Shown: one piece after another, positions 10,006 to 18,672 of the stretch
How the letters are laid out: each line of letters starts with the position of its first letter
Numbering within the stretch: position 1 is the first letter of the stretch
From: Theionarchaea archaeon
GTDB taxonomy: Archaea; Methanobacteriota_B; Thermococci; Methanofastidiosales; SZ-28-30
DNA: 45,630 bases
Assembly (NCBI GenBank): GCA_018992565.1
Contig: JACVGW010000014.1
Coordinates: forward strand, 1-45,630
Direction: 5' to 3'
Position numbers and translations under genes: made by a program
Notes under the pieces: generated by a model
What the model saw: the letters and a program-made list of their open reading frames with translations, nothing else
What the model was told of the DNA's origin: nothing
Database searches by the model: none

Positions 10006-11586
10006 ATGAGTACCGTTGTTAATTCGACTCTCCTGTTCATACTGATCCTGACTCTCCCGGGAGCCTCTGTTGGTTCTGTTGCGGAACAGAATGACGTTCC
10101 TCTTACCTTGGCTCCTTTTAGCCAGGTTAATCCCGCAATATATGGGGATATTGTGGTGTGGCAGGACAATAGAAATGGAAACTGGGATATCTACGGGTAC
10201 AGGTTACCAACTGGAGAGGAATTTCAGATTACTGCAGATAGTCATGACCAATATTCTCCAGCAATTTCTGCAGACATTGTAGTCTGGATCGATTCTGAAG
10301 ATGAATCAACTACAAGAACTCTTTATTGTTATAACCTCTTGACTGAAGAAAAAACCATTATACTCACTTCTGCGACTGTAGACTCAGCTCCTGCAGTCTT
10401 CGAAGATACTGTGGTCTGGGCAGGCCATTATAAGTATCAACGAGGTGTTATTGCTTACAACCTTGCAACAGGTGAAGAATTTCTGATCCCAGTATCTTCC
10501 TATATCTACGATGGTCCAGCAATCTCCCGAGATATTGTAATCTGGTCTGAGAAGAGACCTGGACGAGTCCTCATTCAAGGATTCAATCTGCAAGAGAGAG
10601 AAAGAATCTCCATTCCCTCAACCATGATATCCTTCTCGTCTGATGAAGATGAAATGAACCCCAAAATCTTCAACGATGTCATAATCTGGACAGAAGGAGA
10701 TGTTATACATACAGCAAATCTGGAAACAAGGAAGGAGACCCGGATAGCTGAAATGGAAACCTGCTATCGCTCTTTCCATGAAGAAAATCTCGCAATCTAC
10801 AAAGATATTGTAGTGTGGAGAGACTGCAGAACTGGTCGTGAAAACATTGTCGGGTATGACCTGTCAACCAAGAAAGGGTTTCAGGTCACGTCTCAAGGAA
10901 GTGGAAAAGGAACTCCTGCAATCTATGGAAATATTGTGGTGTGGCAGGATAGTAGAAACGGCGACTGGGACATATACGGATTTGATCTGACCGCACCTGT
11001 CATTCCTTTAGAGATATCAAGAAGAACCTTTATCCTTTCTGACCTGTTTGAAATCGGGATTATTTTTGGACCTCTGGCATTCTTGTTGTTTCTTATAGGA
11101 AGATTAACGGCTGACATGAAAACCTTCAAAAGAACTGTGGGTTCAAGACTTTCCCAAGAAAAAGAATTCAGGAGAAATCCAAAACCTGGCGACTGGATCG
11201 CCTTTCTTTTCAATTCATCGTGCTATCTTGTCCTTGGTGTTCTCTTTCTTTTCGGGATGGGATCGTCTTTTGGGTACGTTGCCTTCTTGTATGCTTCGTA
11301 TATGATTATCTATGGATTCTTCTACTACAGATGGCTCTCAGAAATCCCTTATATCTTTATAAAAGACAGCGAAATCATGATCTTCGAAAAACCATATTTC
11401 AGGCCAGCCATAATTCCATTGGATGCCATTGAGAAAGTCAATGTCGAAAAGTGGACTGACATCCCATCCAAAGTGAAGGTATCACTTCTTAATGATAATA
11501 GGGCCGAGATTAACCTTGAGAACTTGACAGAGGACAGCAGGAAGCTATTCATTCACATGCTAGAGAGAGTCACAGGCGCCAGCTGA
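10006..11586 (+). CDS. Membrane-anchored surface protein: signal peptide, TolB-like beta-propeller repeats, 3 TM helices, C-terminal soluble domain
   Basis: Repeated PAIxGDIVVW..D.RNGNWDIYGY units. Hydrophobic N-terminus and C-terminal TM segments. GGAGAGG RBS before ATG 10006. Confidence 0.8.
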   Translation: MSTVVNSTLLFILILTLPGASVGSVAEQNDVPLTLAPFSQVNPAIYGDIVVWQDNRNGNWDIYGYRLPTGEEFQITADSHDQYSPAISADIVVWIDSEDESTTRTLYCYNLLTEEKTIILTSATVDSAPAVFEDTVVWAGHYKYQRGVIAYNLATGEEFLIPVSSYIYDGPAISRDIVIWSEKRPGRVLIQGFNLQERERISIPSTMISFSSDEDEMNPKIFNDVIIWTEGDVIHTANLETRKETRIAEMETCYRSFHEENLAIYKDIVVWRDCRTGRENIVGYDLSTKKGFQVTSQGSGKGTPAIYGNIVVWQDSRNGDWDIYGFDLTAPVIPLEISRRTFILSDLFEIGIIFGPLAFLLFLIGRLTADMKTFKRTVGSRLSQEKEFRRNPKPGDWIAFLFNSSCYLVLGVLFLFGMGSSFGYVAFLYASYMIIYGFFYYRWLSEIPYIFIKDSEIMIFEKPYFRPAIIPLDAIEKVNVEKWTDIPSKVKVSLLNDNRAEINLENLTEDSRKLFIHMLERVTGAS

Positions 11587-11796
11587 TTTGTCACTGAATC
11601 TGCCTCCTGAATTGACATCTTCATCATCGTTGCGAATGACATAAATTCCTTTACAGCATACCAGAACCCCCGGACTCATACTCTCCTTTCTTCTTCATTC
11701 GTCTCTTAATTATCCACCGAGTTTCAGGTTTTCATCACTTCTCTGAGAAGTGAATCCTAGGTAGAGAACATCTGGCCTCTTTCCTGAACCTTCCGT

Positions 11797-13392
11797 TCAT
11801 ACCAGAGGTAATGTTCTAACGCTGTTGTTATTCTGGGAGTTTTTTCTCCACCAAATTCCCATAATTCGTTTCGATCTCCACAGACTGTGCAGTTCGGAAA
11901 TAATCAATACCCGATCAAAAATGTCCACCACATTGAACGAATTCCCGAAAAGACTTCTCACGTACTGGCAGGAAATCGCATTCGCATTAGAGATTACTGT
12001 GTTATCAACCCGTGACGCATAGGGATAGGAAGAATGACCGGTGAGAACCACATCCACCTGGAGATCGCACAACGCTCTCAGAACATCTCCTGCATCTTCC
12101 AGTAACCCCTTTTCTCTGATATGAGGCAAGGGAATAACATTGTGGTGCAAGAATACGATGCTCATTTCCTGTTCCTGTTCTCTGATTGCTCTTACCAGTT
12201 TTGCCAGTTCAAACCGTCCTACAGCACCCACATCTGAGTCATACTGAGAAGAGTTCACTGCATGTACACGAATAAGCGGTGTCTCAAAGCCCCGGTTCGA
12301 TCCTCCTGCCAGCCGAGGAAAGAGCTCATACCCAATGTAATTGATATCGCGAGGCCCGGGCGTATACACCACAGGAGATTCAATCTGGCTCAAGTACATT
12401 TCTGCCAGGTCAAAGTTGAGAGGAATTCCTGCTTCCACAATATCGCCGCAGTGGACTACTAGGTCAGGTGACAGTGCATTGATCTTTCTCACGGCGTTTT
12501 CATACTTTTTCTTCTCAAACACTTTGCGATCTGAAAAAAAGGTGCCTGCAATGTGGACGATCCTGGCAAGCTTTCTGCCTTCTGAAATGAAGATTTCACT
12601 TGAAACACGGCGATACTCATGAGGCTGACGTTCTTGAAAGCGCTGTGGCAAGAAAGGCTTTTCATGAACAGCACCCTCAGCAGACTGCAGTCTCTTGTTC
12701 CCTACTCTCCTGATGGTGACATCAACTCTCTGAGGTGAGATGTCCACCTGGTTATAGCTGCATACATCTCCTGCTCTCACCTTCCTGCAGGACATGCAGC
12801 CTGCATTGCTGATAACCAGCCCATCCACATCCACCACATTCGGGTAGTGACGGTGGCCAGACAAAACCAGGTCCACGTCATACTTCTGTAGCAAGTCCAT
12901 CAAATCTCCTGCATTGAACAGAACATTCCTTTCTGTGCCTGCTTTGGGAACGGGCACCAGGTGGTGATGGACTGCCACTATTTTTATCTTCTTTGCACTG
13001 TATTTTATCAGTTGTGTTCTCAACCAGTTGAATTTACTGCTACCCACCCTACCTTCGTTGCGATCCGGGATGGAGCTATCCACATAAATCAGTGCATAAT
13101 CACTGCCCTCTTTCACTCCGTTGAATTCCCCATAGTACTCTTCAAAAAGCTCATATCCCACATTCCGTGAATCATGGTTGCCTGGTATCACGATGAGCGG
13201 TTTCTCTATTGTATCAATGAAAGACCTGGAATATTCGTATGCTTCTCTCAATCCTGTATCAGTGACATCTCCTGTGTGGATTACCAGATCAAAAGGAAGC
13301 TTATTTATCTCTTCCACAATCTGCGAAAAAGGTTCTTCTTTAAATTCTCTTCCTGGAGTAATGTGAGAATCTGAAATGTGAGCGATTTTCAT
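11797..13392 (-). CDS. Tandem calcineurin-like metallophosphoesterase (two domains)
   Basis: Domain 1 has HISDSH, GDVTD, GNHD, HHH, GHRH. Domain 2 is homologous but degenerate (HIAGTF, GDIVE, GPRD, GHSS). Confidence 0.88.
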   Translation of the reverse strand: MKIAHISDSHITPGREFKEEPFSQIVEEINKLPFDLVIHTGDVTDTGLREAYEYSRSFIDTIEKPLIVIPGNHDSRNVGYELFEEYYGEFNGVKEGSDYALIYVDSSIPDRNEGRVGSSKFNWLRTQLIKYSAKKIKIVAVHHHLVPVPKAGTERNVLFNAGDLMDLLQKYDVDLVLSGHRHYPNVVDVDGLVISNAGCMSCRKVRAGDVCSYNQVDISPQRVDVTIRRVGNKRLQSAEGAVHEKPFLPQRFQERQPHEYRRVSSEIFISEGRKLARIVHIAGTFFSDRKVFEKKKYENAVRKINALSPDLVVHCGDIVEAGIPLNFDLAEMYLSQIESPVVYTPGPRDINYIGYELFPRLAGGSNRGFETPLIRVHAVNSSQYDSDVGAVGRFELAKLVRAIREQEQEMSIVFLHHNVIPLPHIREKGLLEDAGDVLRALCDLQVDVVLTGHSSYPYASRVDNTVISNANAISCQYVRSLFGNSFNVVDIFDRVLIISELHSLWRSKRIMGIWWRKNSQNNNSVRTLPLV

Positions 13393-13412
13393 GTTGATCT
13401 TCGTATCTACGT

Positions 13413-13829
13413 CTACTCTCTGGATATTACTGTTTCCAGCAGCTGCTTCTCTGGATCTACAAGATCTTTCAGGGAAAATAACCCGGTGATCTGTCCATGT
13501 TCTGTAATGAGAACATGACGTATCTGATGCTGCTGCATCAGTTCGAGCACTCTAGACACAGGAGAGTCAATGTCTGCAGTGATAAGATGCCTGGTCATAA
13601 TACTGGAAACAGGCTTGGAGTAGGACAATCCCTCTGCCACCACCCGCCCAATGACATCACCCTGGGTCAAGAATCCCACCACTTCTTCATTGCATACCAC
13701 CAGTGAACCTACCCTGAATTCTACCATTTTCTGACATGCTTTCTGAATAGTCTCATGTTCAGAAATGCCCACCAGCTTCCGAGTGGTATATTGCCTGATG
13801 GGAACTGAGAGATTATTAATATCATTCAT
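13413..13829 (-). CDS. Stand-alone CBS-pair (Bateman) domain protein
   Basis: VGSLVV...GFLTQGDV and PVSSIMTR...IRHVLI...GLFSLKDL. Start overlaps the end of the kinase gene. Confidence 0.88.
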   Translation of the reverse strand: MNDINNLSVPIRQYTTRKLVGISEHETIQKACQKMVEFRVGSLVVCNEEVVGFLTQGDVIGRVVAEGLSYSKPVSSIMTRHLITADIDSPVSRVLELMQQHQIRHVLITEHGQITGLFSLKDLVDPEKQLLETVISRE

Positions 13830-14703
13830 CAGTTACAGCCTCCTTCTGTAGTCTATCATACATTCTATTTAAAATTTGAGTGACTGTCTCCTCCAGTGTA
13901 ATATTCTCCAGAACGGGAACTCTCTCTTTATTGGCCCTTCCCACAATATGGTCCTGTATCTGCCTGATCTCGTCAATATCTTTGATATAGTGTTCTGGAG
14001 GTCTTCTGCTGTCTTTTGCCCGGGCGTGGAATCTACTTATATGTTCTTCTCTATCATTGAGAGTGAGTACAAAATGGAATATTGTCTGATCCCGGGGTTC
14101 GATATACCCGGGCACAAGGTGAATTCCCTCCATCACCAGACTGAACCCTTCGGTAAGTGCCCTGTTGATTATGGCATTGACTCCTACAGAGACATGAGAT
14201 ACTTGAAGCTCAAAAGCATAGATCACTGCACTGAGAAAGGAAGAAGGAGCCTGAATTTCCTTCCATGCAGAGAAAGATGACGTATGAAGCGTGGGGAGCA
14301 GATCTCTTGAGACCATTTTTCGCATGACCTCACGCACCACGTCTGTTCCAATTATGGAGTGAATACCCAGTCTGTAACTGATCTCAAACGCGACTGTGGA
14401 TTTTCCAATACCTGTGGCACCTCCCAAGAGAATAACGAGTGATTGTTTCTTCTTTCTCAGCGAATGCCACATCTCATAGTATGAGGCAATACGTGGGTAT
14501 CCGTCGTCCAGCAGCAACTGGTGTGTCATATCAGTTAGGTCTTGTTCAGAGATGCTGGAGACTCCCGAAGATACGATTTTCTGCCCGATTTCCTCTGCCA
14601 TTCTGTAAGCTTTGTCCACATCCAATCCCGCTTTTAGCAGAGATCCAGCTAGAATACCCTTCGAGAAGGGAGTTGTATATTTCTTGCCTACTACGTCTAT
14701 CAT
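13822..14703 (-). CDS. pgk2: 2-phosphoglycerate kinase (N-terminal ATP cone plus P-loop kinase)
   Basis: PFSKGILAGSL N-terminus, GGATGIGKST, IGTDVVREVMR, EGIHLVPG. Coupled to cpgS. Confidence 0.9.
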   Translation of the reverse strand: MIDVVGKKYTTPFSKGILAGSLLKAGLDVDKAYRMAEEIGQKIVSSGVSSISEQDLTDMTHQLLLDDGYPRIASYYEMWHSLRKKKQSLVILLGGATGIGKSTVAFEISYRLGIHSIIGTDVVREVMRKMVSRDLLPTLHTSSFSAWKEIQAPSSFLSAVIYAFELQVSHVSVGVNAIINRALTEGFSLVMEGIHLVPGYIEPRDQTIFHFVLTLNDREEHISRFHARAKDSRRPPEHYIKDIDEIRQIQDHIVGRANKERVPVLENITLEETVTQILNRMYDRLQKEAVTDE

Positions 14704-16043
14704 GCAACCTCCTCCTCAGCCTCTTTCGCCAGCTGTATGATAGCGTCTTCAAGGCAGGTGACAGTTCCTCCTACCACCTTCGGGACATTGTCCATGAACA
14801 CAACATCGCGGTGGAGGGCTAGAGCTTCCCGGGTAGCTACATCAATGGCAGAAGCTTTTATCTCCGTGAGGAGGGTATCTACCTGGGGGAGAAACTGCTC
14901 CAGGTCTTTTCTCAACCGTGGTCGGTTAGAAAGATGAGGAGAAGCTTTCACAATGTCACAGTGATAGTTCTGTTCAAGGTAGGGTACCAGAGTGGATTCC
15001 AGAATTGCAGGTGGTGCTGTGGTGGCCAGGAATATCTTTCTGTCGGATACGTCTGCTAAAGGGACTGGTCTGAATACGCAGTGTGCCTGGGGAAGTCCTG
15101 GCTTTATTTCATCAATTGCTTTCTGTATCTCAGCCACTTTTTGCTGTGAAGCCATGGGCTCTTCACACATCATGAGTATAAGCAGGTCGGCCATAAGAAT
15201 TCTGAAGGGACCAAAGTACTCATTGATAAATTCCAAGGGCTGATGCGCTCCTACAATCACAATACAGCGGTTTGTATCTACAGGAGGAAACGTAATACCA
15301 GACCCTTCCAATATTACGAAGGTTGCAGCCAGCGTGTTCGCCAGCCGAGCTCCTTCCTCTACATTGGATGAGAAAGGAACACCTGCCATGCCTCCACCAC
15401 ACCGTCTGCATCCTACTGTCATTACCCGAGAGATAAGAGCATTCTCCCAGTGATCTGATGCAGCGTGCTTTCCCCGATTCGCCTGTTCCATCAAGTATGA
15501 AGGAGTGAGTTGAATTGTGTCCCCTCTGATGATTTCAGGCTGAGCAGGACCCCCTCTTCCCATGGTCACGATGCAGGGAGTGTACCCTGAAGTCCTGAGA
15601 GTACGAGCAACATATCCAGAGAAGGCAGTTTTTCCCACTCTTTTTGCTGTTCCTACAACAGACAGACTGGGCTGTCTTAGAATTCTTGGATAATGAGGGG
15701 GAGTAAAAAGGAAGTCTGATCCTCTGTATTGAACCCCCTCTCTCATGAGTGTACATGCAAGACGTAACCTGCTAACATAGGTTAGAACTGGCTCGTCTGA
15801 AAGATCTATGACCTGTTCAATTTCGTGAGTTGAGCAAGCTTCTGCAATAACATCAAGAATATCCCGCGATTCCTCTCCCTCATAGACAGGAATATCAAGG
15901 CGAGTAGTCAATTCTTCAATACTCCCGATCTTCTCTGTTCCTCCCAGAAACACAGCTGCTACTACGTCACCTTCAACAGCTTTCAATGCATCTTCCGTAA
16001 CTGGAGGGTAGTGTTCACCGTCTATAAGGGCCAAAATCTTCAT
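14700..16043 (-). CDS. cpgS: Cyclic 2,3-diphosphoglycerate synthetase
   Basis: LIDGEHYPPV, FLGGTEK, DLSDEPV, GTAKRVGKTA, MGRGGP, HAASDHWE, GCRRCGGG, LTEIKASAID. Confidence 0.92.
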   Translation of the reverse strand: MKILALIDGEHYPPVTEDALKAVEGDVVAAVFLGGTEKIGSIEELTTRLDIPVYEGEESRDILDVIAEACSTHEIEQVIDLSDEPVLTYVSRLRLACTLMREGVQYRGSDFLFTPPHYPRILRQPSLSVVGTAKRVGKTAFSGYVARTLRTSGYTPCIVTMGRGGPAQPEIIRGDTIQLTPSYLMEQANRGKHAASDHWENALISRVMTVGCRRCGGGMAGVPFSSNVEEGARLANTLAATFVILEGSGITFPPVDTNRCIVIVGAHQPLEFINEYFGPFRILMADLLILMMCEEPMASQQKVAEIQKAIDEIKPGLPQAHCVFRPVPLADVSDRKIFLATTAPPAILESTLVPYLEQNYHCDIVKASPHLSNRPRLRKDLEQFLPQVDTLLTEIKASAIDVATREALALHRDVVFMDNVPKVVGGTVTCLEDAIIQLAKEAEEEVA

Positions 16044-16073
16044 TATTTCAACTTGTCTGGTATGTATTTAAGG

Positions 16074-16490
16074 GTTCGGTTGGGAAACGAAAAAATCCAT
16101 TTGTTGCTTTACTCTGAAACGCTCAGATCTTCCTATCTCCAGCTGAAGTCTGGCTATAGAGAACGAAACTCTTGAGGTGAAGAACCTGAGGAATATTTCT
16201 GAAATTGAAGGTAGAGTGTCCGCTTTAGAGGTATAAGTGCTGGCCGGCATATGAAAGAAACCTGATGTATTCCATACGCACACCCACCCCTTGATTTCCT
16301 GTGGAAGTCGATAATGAAATGGTCGTTGGTATAATAAAAAAAGAATGAAATGGTTACTTGGTTTTTATCTTTTATGGACTTATAAATATTACTAGTGAAA
16401 ATTATTGCACATCCCAGAGTGGAATACAACTCATCAGAAAAGACCTATATATTCCAGTGGAAATGAAGGGGGCGGAGGAAGGCTTAAATA
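16074..16490. other. Probable replication origin (oriC) with ORB elements
   Basis: Non-coding gap directly upstream of cdc6. ORB TTCCAGTGGAAATGAAGGGGG (+, 16452-16472), inverted ORB TTCCACAGGAAATCAAGGGGT (-, 16286-16306), degenerate mini-ORBs near 16074, 16107, 16137 and 16194, AT-rich tract ~16311-16410. Confidence 0.85.
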
Positions 16491-16521
16491 GACCCATCCA
16501 GAAGATGACAGTGGTGATACA

Positions 16522-17811
16522 TTGGAGGGTCAGAGATCACTGGACCAGCTCTTTGATGAGCTCTTAATTCAAAGAAAGATTTTCAATAACAAGGAAGTGC
16601 TCCGCGATCACTATACTCCCTCACTACTCCCTCATAGAGACCGGCAGATTGATGAATTAGCCACTATACTTGTATCTGTAGTCAAAGGTGAGACGCCTTC
16701 GAATATCTTCATTTATGGTAAGACAGGTACAGGCAAGACTGCTGTAACTATTCATGTAGGAGAAGCTTTAGTAAGGAAGGTGGGTGGATGTTGCTATATT
16801 CGTCCATATGGAACGAAATTGGAGATTAAGAGACCCGAAATTCCTATTCCTGTATGGTTCATTTATACTAACTGTGAGATTGTGGACACCCAATATCGAC
16901 TCCTGGCAAAGCTTGCTGAATACATGGGACAGTCGGTTCCTTTGACAGGCTGGCCCACGGATAAAGTGTATGAAAGCTTTGTGCGTGCATTGGATAAAGA
17001 GGAACGGTTAGTGATTGTAGTCCTAGATGAGATTGATCGGCTCCTCAAGAAAGGAAGTGATAGTGTTCTTTACAACTTGACACGTATTAATTCAGATCTA
17101 AAACGTGCTAAAGTGAGTATTATTGGAATCAGTAATGACCTGAATTTTGTGGAGTTCTTGGATCCCAGAGTACGCAGTTCTCTGGGAGAAGAGGAGTTAG
17201 TATTTCCTCCATACTATGCCCAGCAACTGGTGGACATCCTTTCTCATCGCGCAGAAGAAGCTTTCTTTGACAATGCACTGGATCTCGGGGTAATACCATT
17301 ATGCGCTGCATTTGCAGCTCAGGAACACGGCGATGCACGTCGGGCCTTGGACTTTCTGAGAATTGCAGGAGAGATTGCCGAAAGGGATAGAGCTTCCCGG
17401 GTAACTGAAAAACATGTACGAATTGCTAAGAACCGTATAGAGCAGGATAGGGTAACAGAGGTCATTAAGACCTTTCCTACTCAGTCCAAGTTTGTCCTCT
17501 TCGCTATACTTCTTCTGGAGAAGTACAATGCTTCAGCCATCACGACGGGAGAAACCTATAACGTTTACAAGGAACTGTGCAGACAGTCTAAGATGGATAT
17601 TCTCACTCAGAGGAGGGTATCTGATATCATCAGTGAAATGGATATGATGGGAATAGTCAATGCGACCGTGGTCAGTAAAGGACGGTATGGAAGAACAAAA
17701 GAAATCAGGTTGGGAGTTCCCATTAGTCAGGTGAAAAACGTTTTAGAAAAACATCACAAGATAGAGCGGATTTCCAATTTTGTGCCTCCCATCCAGCGTA
17801 AGCTGATCTGA
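16522..17811 (+). CDS. cdc6: Orc1/Cdc6 replication initiator
   Basis: LPHRDRQI, GKTGTGKT, VLDEID, LDPRVRSSL, HGDARRALD, C-terminal winged helix (SKGRYGRT). TTG start after GGTGAT. Confidence 0.96.
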   Translation: MEGQRSLDQLFDELLIQRKIFNNKEVLRDHYTPSLLPHRDRQIDELATILVSVVKGETPSNIFIYGKTGTGKTAVTIHVGEALVRKVGGCCYIRPYGTKLEIKRPEIPIPVWFIYTNCEIVDTQYRLLAKLAEYMGQSVPLTGWPTDKVYESFVRALDKEERLVIVVLDEIDRLLKKGSDSVLYNLTRINSDLKRAKVSIIGISNDLNFVEFLDPRVRSSLGEEELVFPPYYAQQLVDILSHRAEEAFFDNALDLGVIPLCAAFAAQEHGDARRALDFLRIAGEIAERDRASRVTEKHVRIAKNRIEQDRVTEVIKTFPTQSKFVLFAILLLEKYNASAITTGETYNVYKELCRQSKMDILTQRRVSDIISEMDMMGIVNATVVSKGRYGRTKEIRLGVPISQVKNVLEKHHKIERISNFVPPIQRKLI

Positions 17812-17826
17812 TTTCTCTATTTTTTC
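17812..17826 (+). terminator. Oligo-T terminator after cdc6
   Basis: T-rich tract (TTTCTCTATTTTTTT) immediately after the stop codon. Confidence 0.55.
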
Positions 17827-17967
17827 TGCCTCACTTCCCCAGAGTTCCTTTTCTTCTCTTTGTGAAGTATTGCGTCTTCTTTTCTTTGCATCCTTTCCAC
17901 ACATTTGAATTGTATATCCTCAAATACATTTTTTCTATATGTATAGGTTACTACCACAACCGTAACA

Positions 17968-17995
17968 TTTATATAATAGACTAACTTTAAGTTAA
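17968..17995 (+). promoter_or_regulatory. Heat-shock operon promoter (TTTATATA) with downstream palindromic operator CTAAC-TTTAA-GTTAA
   Basis: TATA at 17968-17975. The palindrome at 17981-17995 is one mismatch from the Archaeoglobus HSR1 site CTAAC-N5-GTTAG. Confidence 0.72.
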
Positions 17996-18003
17996 GATAA
18001 GTG

Positions 18004-18672
18004 ATGCTCATGATTTCATCAGAACAACTGCTGGACGTATTAGGAAATGAAACACGGAGAATGATACTGGAATTACTGGCAGACAAGCCGAGATATACTA
18101 CAGAAATTGCCAGTCTGTTGAATATTGGCCAGAAGGCTATTAATGATCATCTCAAAATTATGTCGGATTTTGGGATTATTGACACATACGTCCAGAAGCA
18201 GCAGAGAGGTTCTCCCAGAAAGTACTTTCAGGTTAACGAGCGATTCAAACTTGAATTTACGCTGACGCCTGGGCTGTTCAGGATTTATGTGCTTGAACCT
18301 GAGACTGACTGGAAATCCATTCTGGAGGAATTCCCTGAGTTTAAGGAACTGCAGAAGGAAGTGGAACAAATACAGAAGCTGAGGCAGATAGAGCAATATC
18401 GAAAGGTGTGCCGAGATCTGGCTCAGGAACTGAACAGACTCACACAGGCAAAAATGTACATTGAAAATCTGCTGGCAAGGACAAGGAAGCGATGCATGAT
18501 GATCATAGATTCTCTGGAGTTGCAGCCTGTAGAGAGGAGGGTGCTCTTTGAGGTGGTGACTGGAGGAAAAAATGTCACTGTCGAGGAGATTGCCGAGAAG
18601 TGCAAGATATCTACAGAAGAAACCCTTCAGGCACTCAAGAGCCTGGAACAGAAAGGCGTGGTGAGACTATGA
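18004..18672 (+). CDS. ArsR-type wHTH heat-shock regulator (Phr/HSR1-like)
   Basis: LLDVLGNETRRMILELL..KPRY..EI...GQKAINDHL...RGSPRKYF N-terminal wHTH, coiled coil, possible second C-terminal HTH. First gene of the chaperone operon. Start uncertain (18001/18004/18010). Confidence 0.85.
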   Translation: MLMISSEQLLDVLGNETRRMILELLADKPRYTTEIASLLNIGQKAINDHLKIMSDFGIIDTYVQKQQRGSPRKYFQVNERFKLEFTLTPGLFRIYVLEPETDWKSILEEFPEFKELQKEVEQIQKLRQIEQYRKVCRDLAQELNRLTQAKMYIENLLARTRKRCMMIIDSLELQPVERRVLFEVVTGGKNVTVEEIAEKCKISTEETLQALKSLEQKGVVRL

